64,000 nucleotides of DNA from the NCBI RefSeq assembly GCF_006345805.1, contig NC_043011.1, forward strand, positions 39,444,464-39,508,463. Reading direction: 5' to 3'. Positions 1 to 13,585 of the stretch are shown here, piece by piece. The translations under genes were made by a program, and so were the position numbers. Each line of letters begins with the position of its first letter. Positions within the stretch are counted from its first letter, which is position 1. Under the pieces are notes generated by a model, which was given only the letters and a program-made list of their open reading frames with translations, did not search any database and had not been told where the DNA came from. Source of the DNA: Octopus sinensis (lineage: Eukaryota).

Positions 1-134
1 TGTTGAGTTATCCTTAGATTTCTTTTTTCCCTTTTTTTTTTTTTTTTTCATGTGTAAAGATAATTTATGGACACCCTGTATTTCACCAAACGTGCATTGT
101 TCAAAACTCTGTGATTCTTTGTTTTCTTTTTCAG

Positions 135-228
135 GTTATGAAAATCCGAGAAACTCTACAGCAATTAAAACGCCCACAGGGACTGTATCCTATCTACCTT
201 AATCCCAGAACAGGAAAATGGGGGCAGC
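135..228 (+). CDS. MAN1A: Alpha-1,2-mannosidase (GH47) internal exon, first in window (VMKIRETLQQLKRPQGLYPIYLNPRTGKWGQ)
   Basis: Polypyrimidine tract + AG at 133-134, GT(gagt) at 229. 94 bp, phase 0->1. Matches the MAN1A-family motif GLYPxYLNPxxGxWG. Confidence 0.95.
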
Positions 229-1018
229 GTGAGTACATCTTTTCCTCCTCTTTTTCTTACTGCTTCATGTACTGTTTACACTATCCCCACACATGATGGC
301 AGCAACTCAAGTTTCAAGCAATGCCATCATTTCATGGTTCCCTTAACCTTTTTTATTATTTAAACCAGGAAATCCATCTGTTTTATGTTCAAACCAGCCA
401 GATCTGGCCTCTCACGCCTACCCTACAGTGTCATCCAAAAGATATACAATCACATCATTAAAGTATTGAAGTAGCATGAATGTGGCTTTACATTCCTGCT
501 ATGGAACTACACCCTTTTGTACAAGTGTAACAATGATGGGCACTTCTTACAGTAGGTGTTAGTTTACTGCCCATGGTTACACAAGCCTTCATTCTGTCAT
601 GAAATTTTTGAGTGTTTTGCCTTTTTTGGCCACAGCCAAAGACACTATGTGACACATAACAGATGTTAAAAATCAAGTGTTCTCTATGCTTGAGGCTTTT
701 TTTAAAGTGAAGAAAAACTTTGTACAGAGCCAATTCCACTATGTTAATGATGTATGCATTCGCCTGAAAAGAACCAGTCTACATTATTGGATGCAAAAAA
801 ATGTTGCAGGTGTAACATTATTAGTTTTCCTCCTAGAGAGATGTCTAAACAAAGATTTGGTGTCTCTCTCTCTCTTGTTCCCAGCTGTTGGATGGATGTT
901 AACTCTACTTGTCCAACAACAAGTTTTGTTTTTGCCCTGCAGGGTGCGGACAGCCTTATCATATGACTAATTGTACTGGATTACATTACCTATAGCTCTG
1001 AGAGTGACCTGACTTAAT

Positions 1019-1049
<31 letters not shown>

Positions 1050-1576
1050 TGTATGTAACAAGCTGGATATTGTTGTTTGGGTCAGACAAGAAAAAGTATG
1101 TACTTTTGTAGAAGTACAGGCTTAAACCTCCAGCTATTATACCCAGATTATAAACTCTCGTTTATTCTAATTATATATAATTGGTGTGTTTGGTTTTGTT
1201 AGTAAGTGCTTAAGTGATAAGGATTTTCTGATGTAGAAATCAACCAGCTAACTCGCACGTCACAATTACAATTTGTAAGCAGAACTGTAAAAATATGCAA
1301 GACTTTTATAAAGTTTAACATGTTATATTGCTTTTCTTATCTACATTCCAACAACAGAGTTTTGTATCATTGTTAGAAACCAGCTCCTTTATAATTGTTA
1401 TATAGTTGAATATTTTCCAAATGTGTATTGGCACTTCATCAGGTGAAATACAATTCTTGCTGGATTTTTCTGAATACTCTTGGGTATATGATGTACGTTT
1501 CTTTCAACCAATCAAATTATCAGATTCTGAGGGAATTTTATATATCTATATATCTATCTATATATATATATATATA

Positions 1577-1626
<50 letters not shown>

Positions 1627-2001
1627 GGGTAATAAGAATTATAGAAATAATTATTACCAGTGGCCTAGCACAAAAAAAATAGTCAATAGACTATATATTA
1701 TTCACATAAAAATATTGTGTACATTAGAACACATTAAAAGGCTTCCAAATAGAAAAGCCTTGTACTAGAAAGAGCAGTAGAAAACTCACACCACTAATTA
1801 TGGATAAATTCTCGAAAGAACTGAAAATTATCATCAACATTCTTTAATGTCTGCCTTCCATGCTGGCATGGGTTGGGTGGTTTGACAGAAGCTGTCAAGG
1901 CAGATGACTGCACAAGGCTTTTGTGTCTGTTTTGGCTCAGTTTTTACAGCTGGATGCCCTTCCTAACACCAACTACCCAGCAGAAATATCTATCTATATA
2001 T

Positions 2002-2046
<45 letters not shown>

Positions 2047-2494
2047 AATAAAAGATTTCAAAGCACATATAAAGCTACAAATAATATGTTAATATTGGAT
2101 TGAAAACCCCCCTTTGAATAGAAAAAGTCACCTTTTTTACCTATCCAAAAGGGATTTGCATCCCAATATCTTACCTACTGTTGTTTACAGTTTTATGTGT
2201 GTTCCAACAAGAGAGCTATGTATCATTGTTAGAAACCAGCTCCTTCCTTACAGGAAGACTTCAAATAATTAAAAATAGAAGTGAACATACATACATACAT
2301 ATTTGCATGTTCTTTCTATCATTGTAATATCTTAATTAGTAATTAGCTGCTTCCTGTTTGTTCCTGCCCGTGTTTTATTTTTCATTGATTGAAATTCTCT
2401 TACTAAAACAATGTCAACAGCAATTAATTTTTAAATCTTAATTCATGATTAATTAAATTTGTTTTTTGTTTCTCCCCTTGTATATCTTTATCAG

Positions 2495-2610
2495 ACCACT
2501 TCTCAGTTGGAGCAATGGGCGACAGCTTCTACGAATACTTGCTGAAAACCTGGCTCTACACAGGAAAGAAAGACACTGTTGCACGACAGATGTATGACGA
2601 AGCCGTTATG
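2495..2610 (+). CDS. MAN1A: Alpha-1,2-mannosidase exon (HHFSVGAMGDSFYEYLLKTWLYTGKKDTVARQMYDEAVM)
   Basis: AG 2493-2494, GTAAGC at 2611. 116 bp, phase 1->0. Contains the GH47 signature GDSFYEYLLK. Confidence 0.97.
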
Positions 2611-3489
2611 GTAAGCACGAACCTAATAAACACCTTTGCATGTGTCAAGCATTCTTGCTTTTCTAAGCTCATTTCTGTTAGAAATTGCAGCCAAATCTCC
2701 TCCAGATTACTACATACCGTTGTCTTGAAATTGGAAATGTGCATTAGATTATGTGGTCCTGTGGAATTGGTCATGGCTAGAATGATTTTCTTCGTAGGTC
2801 CATGTGATGACTATCATCATCATCATTTTGCGTCTGCTTTCCATGCTGGCATGGGTTAGACAGTTTGAATGAAACTGGTAAGCCAGAGAGCTGCAGGTTC
2901 TAATCTGATTTGGCATGATTTCTACAGCTGGATGCCCTTCCTGTAACCAACCACTCCAAGAGTATAATGGGTTCTTTTTACATCCCACTGGCACAGGTGC
3001 TTATTACTTGCCAGTGGCACAGATGCCAGTTACGTAACACCAGCGTTGGCCATGGCTACGATTTCATTTGACTTGATGAGTCTTCTCAAGCCCAACATAT
3101 TGCTAAAGGCTTCTGTTACTTATCACCTCTATGAGGCTTGATGTTCGAAGGGTACATTTTGTGTGCCACCAGTACGGGTGCCTGTTACCTGACACTGGCA
3201 TTGGCCGTGACTCAGGATGAGAATTGACCTGGGGTTAAACAGATAGCACCGACTACTCAATACTTTGTAAAACCCCAAAATGTTTTCAAACGGAAAGGAC
3301 AAACAGACAGACAGAGAAAGACTTGTTTCCTGTTTCAAGGCAAAGTAATGAATGTTTACTCATGGCCAGACAGGTTTTCACAGAAGACTGACAGGGAAAC
3401 AAGGGATTGAAGGTCTGCTTCAACAAATTTCATCTGACTGTTGCAAGCATGGAAAAGTGGACTTTAAAACAATGGGTTGGGTCTCCTGC

Positions 3490-3526
<37 letters not shown>

Positions 3527-4274
3527 TCTTTCTCTCTCTCCTCTTCCTCTCCCTTTCCCCTTCTAGTTAACCCACTATTATCCACTGTTTACAGTATACC
3601 TCTGCTATTTGTCCCCCTTGTCATTATTTGATACTCATAGCTGGTCACTACAATCCTTCTCTGCCCATTACAATTTTTACAATCCATTGCAGTCCCTTGG
3701 TTAGACTATTAGCCCCAACCTTTAGCAAGAATCGAAATCCTCAGTCACAATTTGAACTCAAGGAGTAACCAGCCCAGAGCAGAAGACACTCCAAAACATT
3801 TCACCCAATATTCCAACAATCCTGTAAATTCACTGCCCTAAACTGGTACCTTATTGACCCCTTGCCCCAAATTGACAAAGGGCAAGATTGACCCTTGAAA
3901 AGATTTGAACTTAATGGGAACTGAAATCCTTAGTTGTGGTTTGAACTCAGATGCTGCGATGCTGCAAGGCATCTTATCTAATGCTTTTGCAATTCCACAA
4001 CTCCGCTGGCCTCAACTAGTTTTTTTTTTTTTATCAAACTCACTAAAAGCTGGAAAACAAGGCTAACCACTGACAAGAATTGATCTTGGGAAGTAACTGC
4101 GCCAGAGCAAAATATACTGCAAAGTGTTCTATCCAATACTTAGGCAGTTTTGCAAAACCTCTTCCCTGAACAAGTTCTTCAAAAGGACGGAGGATAAAAC
4201 TCACCACCAACTAGGACTGGTCTTAGGAAATAACTGGGCCTGAGCAAAAGATCCTGCAAAGTGTCCTATCCGAT

Positions 4275-4697
4275 ACTCTTTACTCTTTTACTTGTTTCAG
4301 TCATTTGACTGTGGCCATGCTGGAGCGCCGCCTTTAGTCGAGGAAATCGACCCCAGGACTTATTCTTTGTAAGCCTAGTACTTATTCTGTCGGTCTCTTT
4401 TGCCGAACTGCTAAGTTACAGGGACGTAAACACACCAGCATCGGTTGTCAAGCGATGTGGGAGGGGGGGGGCAAACACAGACACACAAACATATACACAC
4501 ACATGCATATATATATATACATATACATATATACAACAGGCTTCTTACAGTTTCTATTTACCAAATCCACTCACAAGGCTTTGGTTAGCCCGAGACTATA
4601 GTAGAAGACACTTGCCGAAGGTGCCACGCAGTGGGACTGAACCCAGAACCATGTGGTTTGTAAGCAAGCTACTTACCACACAGCCACTACTATGCCT
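4275..4697 (-). mobile_element. tRNA-derived SINE, family A
   Basis: Head ggc..agtggctgtgtggtaagtagcttgc...ggttcagtccc (A/B-box-like), CORE-like caccttgggcaagtgtc, internal microsatellite, (aaagagt)n tail. At least 14 copies in the window. Confidence 0.85.
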
Positions 4698-5369
4698 ACT
4701 TGAGCAATTTTAAAAAACACCTCCCTAAACAAATTCTTTATTAACTCTTCATCCTGAAGGAAGGAAGACTATGGTACCCACGCCAAAATTTGAACTTAGG
4801 AAATAACTGGACCAAAATAAAAGATACTGCAACGCATCTTATCTCTAGCAAATTTCCTCCACTTAACTGCTTTTTGTTTGTTGTTTTTTTTTTCATCAAC
4901 TATGCCCATCAGAAGAAAAAAAATAAGAGAACAAAGGGCAAAGTTTGACACTACTTTCAGACAAGATTTGAACTCTGTGCACAGACTACAGCATATTCTA
5001 TCCACTGCTTTAACCACTTGGCCAACACCATTTCCTCTTACCTTCTTCATTATGGAAGTAGGTAAACAACATAAATCACATTTTCTTTCAAATTTTATGA
5101 GTTGGGGAAGGGGGTGTGGTGGGGTGGGTACAAGGTAAGTGTTTGAGCTTTTGGGGGTTTTTTTTCTCTTTTTCTTCGTTTTTATTTTCATTTCTTCTGA
5201 TGTTTCATTCTGTTGTATTTTCCTCCAAAGATTTATGACCAGCCTCCTCCTCCTCTTCTTCTCCCTCCCCACTACCACCAACAGCCACTCCTCTCCCTTG
5301 TCTGTCCTCCTTTCTTCCCTCCCACTTTTTTTTTCTTTTCATCTTTCAGCATTTCTTGGAATTTTACTA

Positions 5370-5630
5370 CTACTACTACTACCTTACTACAACCACCACC
5401 ACCACTACTACTACTGCTTCTACCACCTCTACAACCACCACTACTACTATCTCTACTGCCACATCTACAACCACCACCACTACTTCTACAAACACCATCA
5501 CTACTACAACTACTACCTCTAGTACTACTGCTGCTACTACTACCACCATCACCAGCACTATCACCTTTACAAGCACCACACTCTACTACTATCTCTGCCA
5601 CCAATACCCCCACCACCACCACCACTTCTA
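5370..5630. repeat. Compound (ACT)n/(ACC)n microsatellite
   Basis: Trinucleotide low complexity in MAN1A intron 2. Confidence 0.85.
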
Positions 5631-5959
5631 CTTCTGTGTTCTTTATTTTCTCTTTTTCAATCCTCCACCCCTGCCACCCCCTTGAAGTTCCAGCTCTTCT
5701 TATCATTCTTCACTTCTGTTTATCTTCTACTTTGTTCTGGAATTTCTCTTTGCAAGATGCCTGTCATTGGGAGCAGATTAGCCTTGATATAGGTTATATA
5801 TCTTTGATATCAGTGTTTGCCTTGTTTGAACCTTATTCTTTAATCCTTTTACCTGTTTCAATCATTTGACTGCAGCCATGCTGGAGCACCACCTTGAAGG
5901 GTTTTTAGTTGAACAAATTAACCCCAGGACTTTTTTTTAATGCATAGTATATATATAGT

Positions 5960-6765
5960 TGCCGGAGTGGCTGTGTGGTAAGTAGCTTGCTAACCAACCA
6001 CATGGTTCTGGGTTCAGTCCCACTGCGTGGCATCTTGGGCAAGTGTCTTCTGCTATAGCCCCGGGCCGACCAATGCCTTGTGAGTGGATTTGGTAGACGG
6101 AAACTGAAAGAAGCCTGTCGTATATATGTATATATATATATGTATGTGTGTGTTTGTGTTTGTCCCCCTAGCATTGCTTGACAACTGAAGCTGGTGTGTT
6201 TACGTCCCCGTCACTTAGCGGTTCGGCAAAAGAGACCGATAGAATAAGTACTGGGCTTACAAAGAATAAGTCCCGGGGTCGATTTGCTCGACTAAAGGTG
6301 GTGCTCCAGCATGGCCACAGTCAAATGACTGAAACAAGTAAAAGAGTAAAGAGTAAGGGTATATATAAACAGGCACAGGAGTCATTGTGTGGTAAGTAGC
6401 TTGCTTACCAACCACATAGTTCCGGGTCAGTCCCACTGCGTGGCACCTTGGGTAAGTGTCTTCTACTACAGCCTCGGACTGACCAAAGCCTTGTGAGTGG
6501 ATTTGGTAGATGGAAACTGAAAGAAGCCTGTCGTATATATGTATGTGTGTGTGAGTATGTTTGTGTGTCTGTGTTTGTCCCCCCACAACATCGCTTGACA
6601 ACTGATGGTGGTGTGTCTACGTCCCTGTAACTTAGTGGTTTGGCAAAACAAACCGATAGAATAAATACTAGGCTTACAAAGAATAAGTCCTGGGGTAGAT
6701 TTGCTCGACTAAAGGCGATGCTCCAGCATGGCCACGGTCAAATGATTGAAACAAGTAAAAGAGAG
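5960..6765 (+). mobile_element. Two tandem family A SINEs (5960-6355, 6371-6765)
   Basis: Same consensus as 4275-4697, opposite orientation. Confidence 0.85.
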
Positions 6766-6859
6766 TCACGTTTGCTGAACCACCAAGTTACAGGGACGTA
6801 AACACACCAACACAAGTTGTCAAGCAGTGATGGTGAGGGGCGGACAAACACTGACACGT

Positions 6860-7185
6860 GGCTGAGTTCCTTTCAAGCGTTGGGCCTCAAGGAAGCAATG
6901 ACTGAGACCTTTGTCATGCTTGAGAAGACAACCCATCAAGCTGAGCAAAATCACAGTCATGGCAGATACTGGGGTCATGCAAATGGCACCCATGCTGGTG
7001 GCACATAAAAGCACCCATTACACTCTCAGAGTGGTTGGCGTTAAGAAGGACATCCAGCCATGGAGAAACATGCCGAATCAGACTGGAGTCTGGTGCAGCC
7101 TTCCAGCTTACTCGCCCTGGTCAAACCGTCCAATCCATGTCAGCATGGACAATGGATGTTAAATGATGATGATGATGATGATGAT
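6860..7185 (+). mobile_element. Retroelement 3' end with (GAT)n tail, RTE-like. Reverse copies at ~1830, 2815-3200, 11155, 50455, 52825-53220, 58255-58640, 63775-64000
   Basis: Recurring gtggttggcgttaggaagggcatccagc...ccatgccagcatggaaa..ggacgttaaa(tga)n. Confidence 0.7.
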
Positions 7186-7650
7186 ATCTATATACAACAG
7201 GCTTCTTACAGTTTCTCTTTACCAAATCCATTCACAAGGCTTTGATTGGCCCAAGGTTATAGTAGAAGACACTTGGCCAAGGTGCCATGCATTGGGACTG
7301 AACCCAGAACCATGTGTGTGGCTACGAAACAAGCTTCTTACCACACAGCCACGCTTCCACCTATTGTTAACATTTGCCCTCTCTATCTCAGAAATAGCAT
7401 TGCCCCGATAGTGTTTGCCTTTCCTGTCTCTAATAAATTTCATGGACATAAACAAACCAACACCAATTGTCAAGTGTGTGTTGTATGGGGGCAGTTGATA
7501 AACAGACTCAATGACGCACATATATACATGCATGACAGGATTCCGCATAGTTTCCAATGATGAAATTCCCACACAAGGTGTTTGTTGGCATGGAGCTATT
7601 GTGGAAGACACTTGGTGCAGGTGCTGACACACAATGGGACTGTACCTGGA

Positions 7651-7888
7651 ATCTAAAGGTGGCGAGCTGGCAGAAACATTAGCACGCCGGGCGAAAAGTG
7701 TAGCCGTATTTCATCAGCTATTACGTTCTGAGTTCAAATTCCGCCGAGGTCAACTTTGCCTTTCATCCTTTCGGGGTCGATAAATTAAGTACGACTTACG
7801 CACTGGGGTCGATGTAATCAACTTAATCCGTTTGTCTGTCCTTGTTTGTCCTCTCTGTGTTTAGTCCCTTGTGGGTAGTAAAGAAATA
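7651..7888 (+). mobile_element. SINE family B (ggcgagctggcagaa...ttctgagttcaaattcc...gtcaactttgcctttcatcc) with a 10-bp flanking direct repeat
   Basis: tgtacctgga at 7641-7650 and 7889-7898 (TSD-like). Related copies at ~16320, 20400, 20790, 21020, 30150, 50010(-), 54335, 56375(-), 57795, 61600(-), 61890(-). Confidence 0.8.
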
Positions 7889-8121
7889 TGTACCTGGAGT
7901 CTTAACCACTCAGTCATTGGATAATGCTTTCTTAAAGATGTTTATTGCGTTGGTCATGGCTGGAACATCCTTCATATCCTCTGCTTAGTGCTACGATGAT
8001 GACAACATCCAAAATGCAAATCTTCCAAGTAATTGATGAATATTTTAAAAGATAACATCATTTCACTGTATTCTTGTTGCTGTTTGCAAAATAAAACTAT
8101 AAAGAAAAGAACGACATAAAT

Positions 8122-8499
8122 ATTGGATGGAAGCACTCCGTCGGTTACGACGATGAGGATTCCGGTTGATCCGAATCAATGGAACAGCCTGCTTGTGACA
8201 TTAACGTGTAAGTGGCTGAGCACTCTGCAGACACGTGCACCCTTAACGTAGTTCTCGGGGATATTCAGCATGACACAGAGAGTGACAAGGCCGGCCCCTT
8301 GAAATACAGGTACAACAGAAACAGGAAGTAAGAGTGAGAGAAAGTTATGGTGAAAGAGTACAGCAGGGATCACCACCATCCCCTGCCGGAGCCTCGTGGA
8401 GCTTTTAGGTGTTTTCGCTCAATAAACACTCACAACGCCCGGTCTGGGAATCGAAACCGCGAGTCCGCTTCCCTAACCACTGGGCCATTGCGCCTCCAC
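8122..8499 (-). mobile_element. tRNA-derived SINE, family C (second copy ~42260-42560, -)
   Basis: Minus head ggcgcaatggcccagtggttaggg...ggtttcgattcccagacc. Body shared with 42260-42560. Confidence 0.8.
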
Positions 8500-9281
8500 A
8501 CATAAATATTACGTGTGTACGCAAACAAGAGAAAGGGCATATACAATATGTGAATAAATAAATATATATATATGTATGTATGTGTGTGTATATATATACA
8601 GGGTGGCCCAAAAGTAGGTTTACAGTAATTCAACTATCTCTTTCGCATTCATATTTTAACAGTTTAGATCTTAATTATAAATAAAAAATACAAAACCATT
8701 ATTCTATGCTAATTTAGTTAGTTTTGTCAAACTCCCTTTTCAGTTTGTAAGATAGAAATTTAAATGTAATAAAATATTTTAGAAGAAATGTAAAGTGCCT
8801 ACATGATAACTGTACACCTATATGTATGTATCAATATGCATGTGTGTGTGTGTATGTATATATATACACACACACACACATGCAAATAAGAGAAAAGGTA
8901 TATACAAGGTATAAATAAAAATTGTGTGTGTATATATATATATATATATGTATTGTATTTGTATATGTATGTCTATATATATGTGTGTATATGTATGTCT
9001 ATATATATATATGTGTGTGTGTGTATATATATATATATGTGTGTATTTGTATAATATATGTATATCTACATATGTGTGTATGTATATATATGTATGCATG
9101 TATATATATATTTATGTATGTATATATATGTGTGTGTATATATGTGTGTATTTATATGTAAATGTGTGTGTGTGTATATATATGTATGTATGTATGTATA
9201 ACTCTTAAACACTGTCACTAAGGAAAAAGACCAATGCCTAATGTTTTTGTCGTTGCTGTTGTTGCTTTCTTTATGTGTGAT

Positions 9282-9332
<51 letters not shown>

Positions 9333-10203
9333 ATGTATATATGTGTATATGTATGTATATATGTGTATATATATATGTGTGTGTGCGTGTGTGTATATGA
9401 TTTCTTCATTGGTGGGCGATGCAGGAGCTTTCCCTTTTGTGAATCAATTTGATGGCATTGATAAACTATTTGGCAAATCACTAATAGCTTTTAACAGCAC
9501 TGCAAGCCTCCCCATTCACCCACCCACCTACCTATCTATCTTACCCACCTGTCTACCAACCTAATTACAAACCAACCTTGCATCTATCATTTGTTCATTC
9601 CATCAATAAAACCTGCTGCTTGTTGTGTTTTTTTATATATTTTTTAATTGCATTATTCTTTTTTACGAAGAGGGCCTATTGTTGTTCTTGCTATTGTTGT
9701 TCTCACTTATTTACCTCTTTTCATCTTCTTCTAATTAGTACTCTCTTGTTCTTCGTAAATGAAACAATATTTCTTTTTATATGCACTTCTCGTAATGTTT
9801 ATTTAACTTTGTTCATTACATTACTTACATTAAATTACTATTATTAGTATTATTACTTTTATTGTGTTTTGAATAAACTGAAGTGCTAACATGCTATCTT
9901 AAAGGTAGTGTTTTGACTGTGGTGTTTCCTTTTACATAAAGCCATCATTGCTTGCCAACTGGTGTTGGTTTGTTTGTTTCTCTAACTTAGCACTTTGGCT
10001 TAAACCAATAGATTAAGTACCACACTTAATATGTACTTGAGTTGATTTCTTTGACTAGACTTTTCACTCTTGAAAGTGGTACCTCAGTATGGCTGCAGTC
10101 CAATGACTAAAATAAGTAAGACATGTGTATACTGTTTTTTTTTGTTTTTTTTTTTGTGATCAAACTAATCCTCTTTTTCCATTCTTTTTCTTTTTTTCAA
10201 TAG

Positions 10204-10312
10204 CATATTGAAGCCACATTGTTGCAAACCTCAAAAAGTGGTTTTAAATACCTTGCAGAATACAAAGTTAACCGAGTGGAACACAAAATGGATCATTTAG
10301 CTTGTTTTGCAG
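10204..10312 (+). CDS. MAN1A: Alpha-1,2-mannosidase exon (HIEATLLQTSKSGFKYLAEYKVNRVEHKMDHLACFA)
   Basis: Long T-tract + AG 10202-10203, GT at 10313. 109 bp, phase 0->1. Contains the EHKMDHLACF motif. Not in the ORF track; found by reading the sequence. Confidence 0.95.
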
Positions 10313-10326
10313 GTTGGTTCTCAATT

Positions 10327-10368
<42 letters not shown>

Positions 10369-10627
10369 TGAGTAAGTGTGTCTGTGTGTGTGTGTGTGAG
10401 TGATTGAGTGAGTGATTGATTGGTTGCTGTATACAAGCTGAATTTTTCAGACCAAAATTTTCAGGCATAAAAACAAAACATAGATTGACTTAAGCAGAAA
10501 GACAACTTTCAAGGAATAATTATTCCATGTGGAATGCAGCTGAATTTGGAAATATTGTGGTGAGGTTTGAATGCTTACACTCTCTTCTACTTCACCTTCT
10601 ATGCCGGAAAAACAGTATATATATATA

Positions 10628-10692
<65 letters not shown>

Positions 10693-11118
10693 CATATATA
10701 TATGTATAATTTTTATATAATGCCAGACTTACACAGTGACTCAGGAGCTGAGAGTTTCATGCACTGATAAGTTTGATAACTCTCAATTCATGAAACTCTT
10801 GCCCTTTATATTACTTTTGAACTTCTGCCAATTAGGTTATATATGTACTTATGACATGGATGGAGGATATCTGCCTTTAATAGTGAATCACAACATTTGC
10901 TTCTGCACCAAATACCAGCTTTAAGTCGTTGCTGAGTTTCTGTTCATATACCATTAGAGAAGATTATTCTTTATAATTGTTATGTAGTTGAATATTTTCC
11001 AAATGTGTATTGGCACTTCATCAGGTGAAATACAATTAATTCTTGTTGGATTTTTCTGAATACTTTGGGTATATGATGTACATTTCTTTCAGCAAATTAA
11101 ATTATCAGATTCCAGGGG

Positions 11119-11160
<42 letters not shown>

Positions 11161-11443
11161 TCAGCATCATTGTTTAATGTCTGCCTTCCATGCTGGCATA
11201 AGTTGGATGGTTTGACAGAAGCTGGCCAGGCAGATGACTGCACAAGGTTTCTGTTTTGGCACAGTTTTTACAGCTGGATGCCCTTCCTAACACCAACTAC
11301 CCAGCAGAAATATACATATACACTCACATATATATAGATATAGATATATATAGCTATAAATAATATGTTAATATTGGATTGAAAACCCTTTTTGGACAGA
11401 AATTTCTTTTCCTGGTGTGTGAACACTCTCAATTAACGCACAC

Positions 11444-11503
<60 letters not shown>

Positions 11504-12595
11504 TATATATATATATATGGTGTCACAAATGACAGTGAAATAGTTTGAGGAAAATTTATTTAAGAAGAAGATTCTAATTTCACAACAAATTGTTTCATAA
11601 CTTGAAAACATGTAAATAATTTATATTATTATATTTAATAATAAATTAATTACCTACATGCCTGAAAATTTTGGTCTGAAATCTTTCTTACTCACTTATG
11701 AATTCAAATCAGGGTCTTTACTTAAGTCATCACTTATGTTCTCTTGAGAAGAATGGAAAATCCAACTCTAATCCTTTAAACCCTTACATATTTATTTATT
11801 TATTTTTTCAACTCTTGATGTTATATTTCCAACTAATGTACTACCCCCTGTGTGTTTCAATTACGTTCTAGAATAATGCAGAACTTTGATCAGTTTCGTA
11901 AAACAGCTGTAACTTATTTTTTGTTTATTGCTGTTTGATGTTGGGAGCGCAACTTAACAAAAGATTCTTAGATAAATTCTATGGCAGAACATTTGTTTCA
12001 AATAACTGTAATTACAGGCAAATTCTGTGAAATGCAAAATTATTTAAATTTATTTAACTTATTTACTTTCCTTTTGTTTTCATTTTATTTTTTAAATTTA
12101 TTTAAAAATCACCATACGTAATGAGTTATGAGCCAATATTCAGCTGGGATGTATTTATATATATATATATATATATATATACGCACATATATATATATAA
12201 CAAAATTGTAGTCGTATGGAAGAATCATGTGCATTTTATTGGATTTTCATTTGAACTTGAGTGCATATAAAACAGGTGCATCACCAAGATAAAATTGTAC
12301 AAAACACTGGAATTTATCAAATTGTTTGAAGAAAACTTTAAAATCGAAATGAATTCACGCACACCTACATAAATTCATGCATGCACATGCAATAATGATT
12401 CACAGATACCAAAGATTCTCTAATGCAATTAAACAGAATTTGTCACTCACCTGAGGGATAAATTAAAGATTCAGTTTTATATATATATATATATATAAAT
12501 ATTTAAAAATATATAAAATATTTAAAAGAAGATAAATTTGAAAATAATGTATTTTTCCAAATTGAAATTATACATATGCAAATTAATATTTTCTT

Positions 12596-12727
12596 TCGTG
12601 GAAACTTGCAGAGCTTTGCAACTTTGCATAATGCAATCCTGCTGAATGCACTTTGGAAAGTTGTTTCAATCGATTCCCCACAGGGAGCTCTTCTTTCCTG
12701 ATGTTGGCATTCATAGCACAGTTTCTT
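12596..12727 (-). pseudogene. Probable relic of a piggyBac C-terminal Cys-rich domain
   Basis: Minus frame reads KKLCYECQHQERRAPCGESIETTFQSAFSRIALCKVAKLCKFPR, resembling CxxC...IETxFxCxxC..LC..CF of PGBD-like proteins with some Cys lost. Confidence 0.45.
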
Positions 12728-13585
12728 GCCATCAACCTTTCTGTTACTCTATTTCTTTTGAAGTATGCTAGGTTTGTTACATTTAATTTTAAAGATAATG
12801 AAAAATATATATTGAAATAACTTTGTCAGGATTAAACTGGTGTTTCAAACATAAACTATCATGAAATATCGATGGGAGATTTAAATTTACATTTCCTTAA
12901 AACAAGGAATTTGTATCATGCAACTTGGGGGTCATCTGATGTAGGTTGGTTGGTATTAAAAGGGTCAGTGCCATGGCCTGAATTTAGAGGGTTATCCTTC
13001 TGTCAGACTTTACCTTTGTCCCAAAAGAATTTTTTTAATGAACAGCCTGCCCTTAATTGTGTTGCATCATCTACAAAGAACTGCAGATAGCTGCATCATT
13101 TTTTAGCCAGTATCATTATCATCATCATCATAGTTTTCTGTGCTTGCATGGATCAGACAGTATTTGACGAGCAAGCTACTTACCACACAGCCACTCCTGC
13201 GCCTATAAAGCTATCATAGTTTTAAAAAATGGATGTTAACCCTTTCACTACCAACCTGCCTGTGATTTTATTTCCAAATTAACTGAAGCAAAAGTAGTGT
13301 ATTTCAACCAAAATATGGTACTAAAAGGGTCAGCTCTTAATACCAACCTTCCTAAGATTGCCCCTGGTTCTATAATACAAACTTCTCAATAATGACGAGT
13401 TTTTTTTTTTTACTAAATTGTCCTTTATTTTAAAAATTAATTCAAGTCAAGTTAGTGTATTTAAGTGTAAATTATTATCATGAAATGTAGTAAGATAAAG
13501 GAGGAACCCCTTTTAATTAAAGTGGGTTACATTAAAACCTTCCATCAAAACTTTCATGTTAAAATTGTTCTAAACACCATCTTAA

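Noticed and set aside
5213-5869. Long Thr-rich / Pro-Leu-rich ORFs (mucin-like)
   Set aside because: Products of ACT/ACC microsatellites open in several frames on both strands, with no supported splice context.
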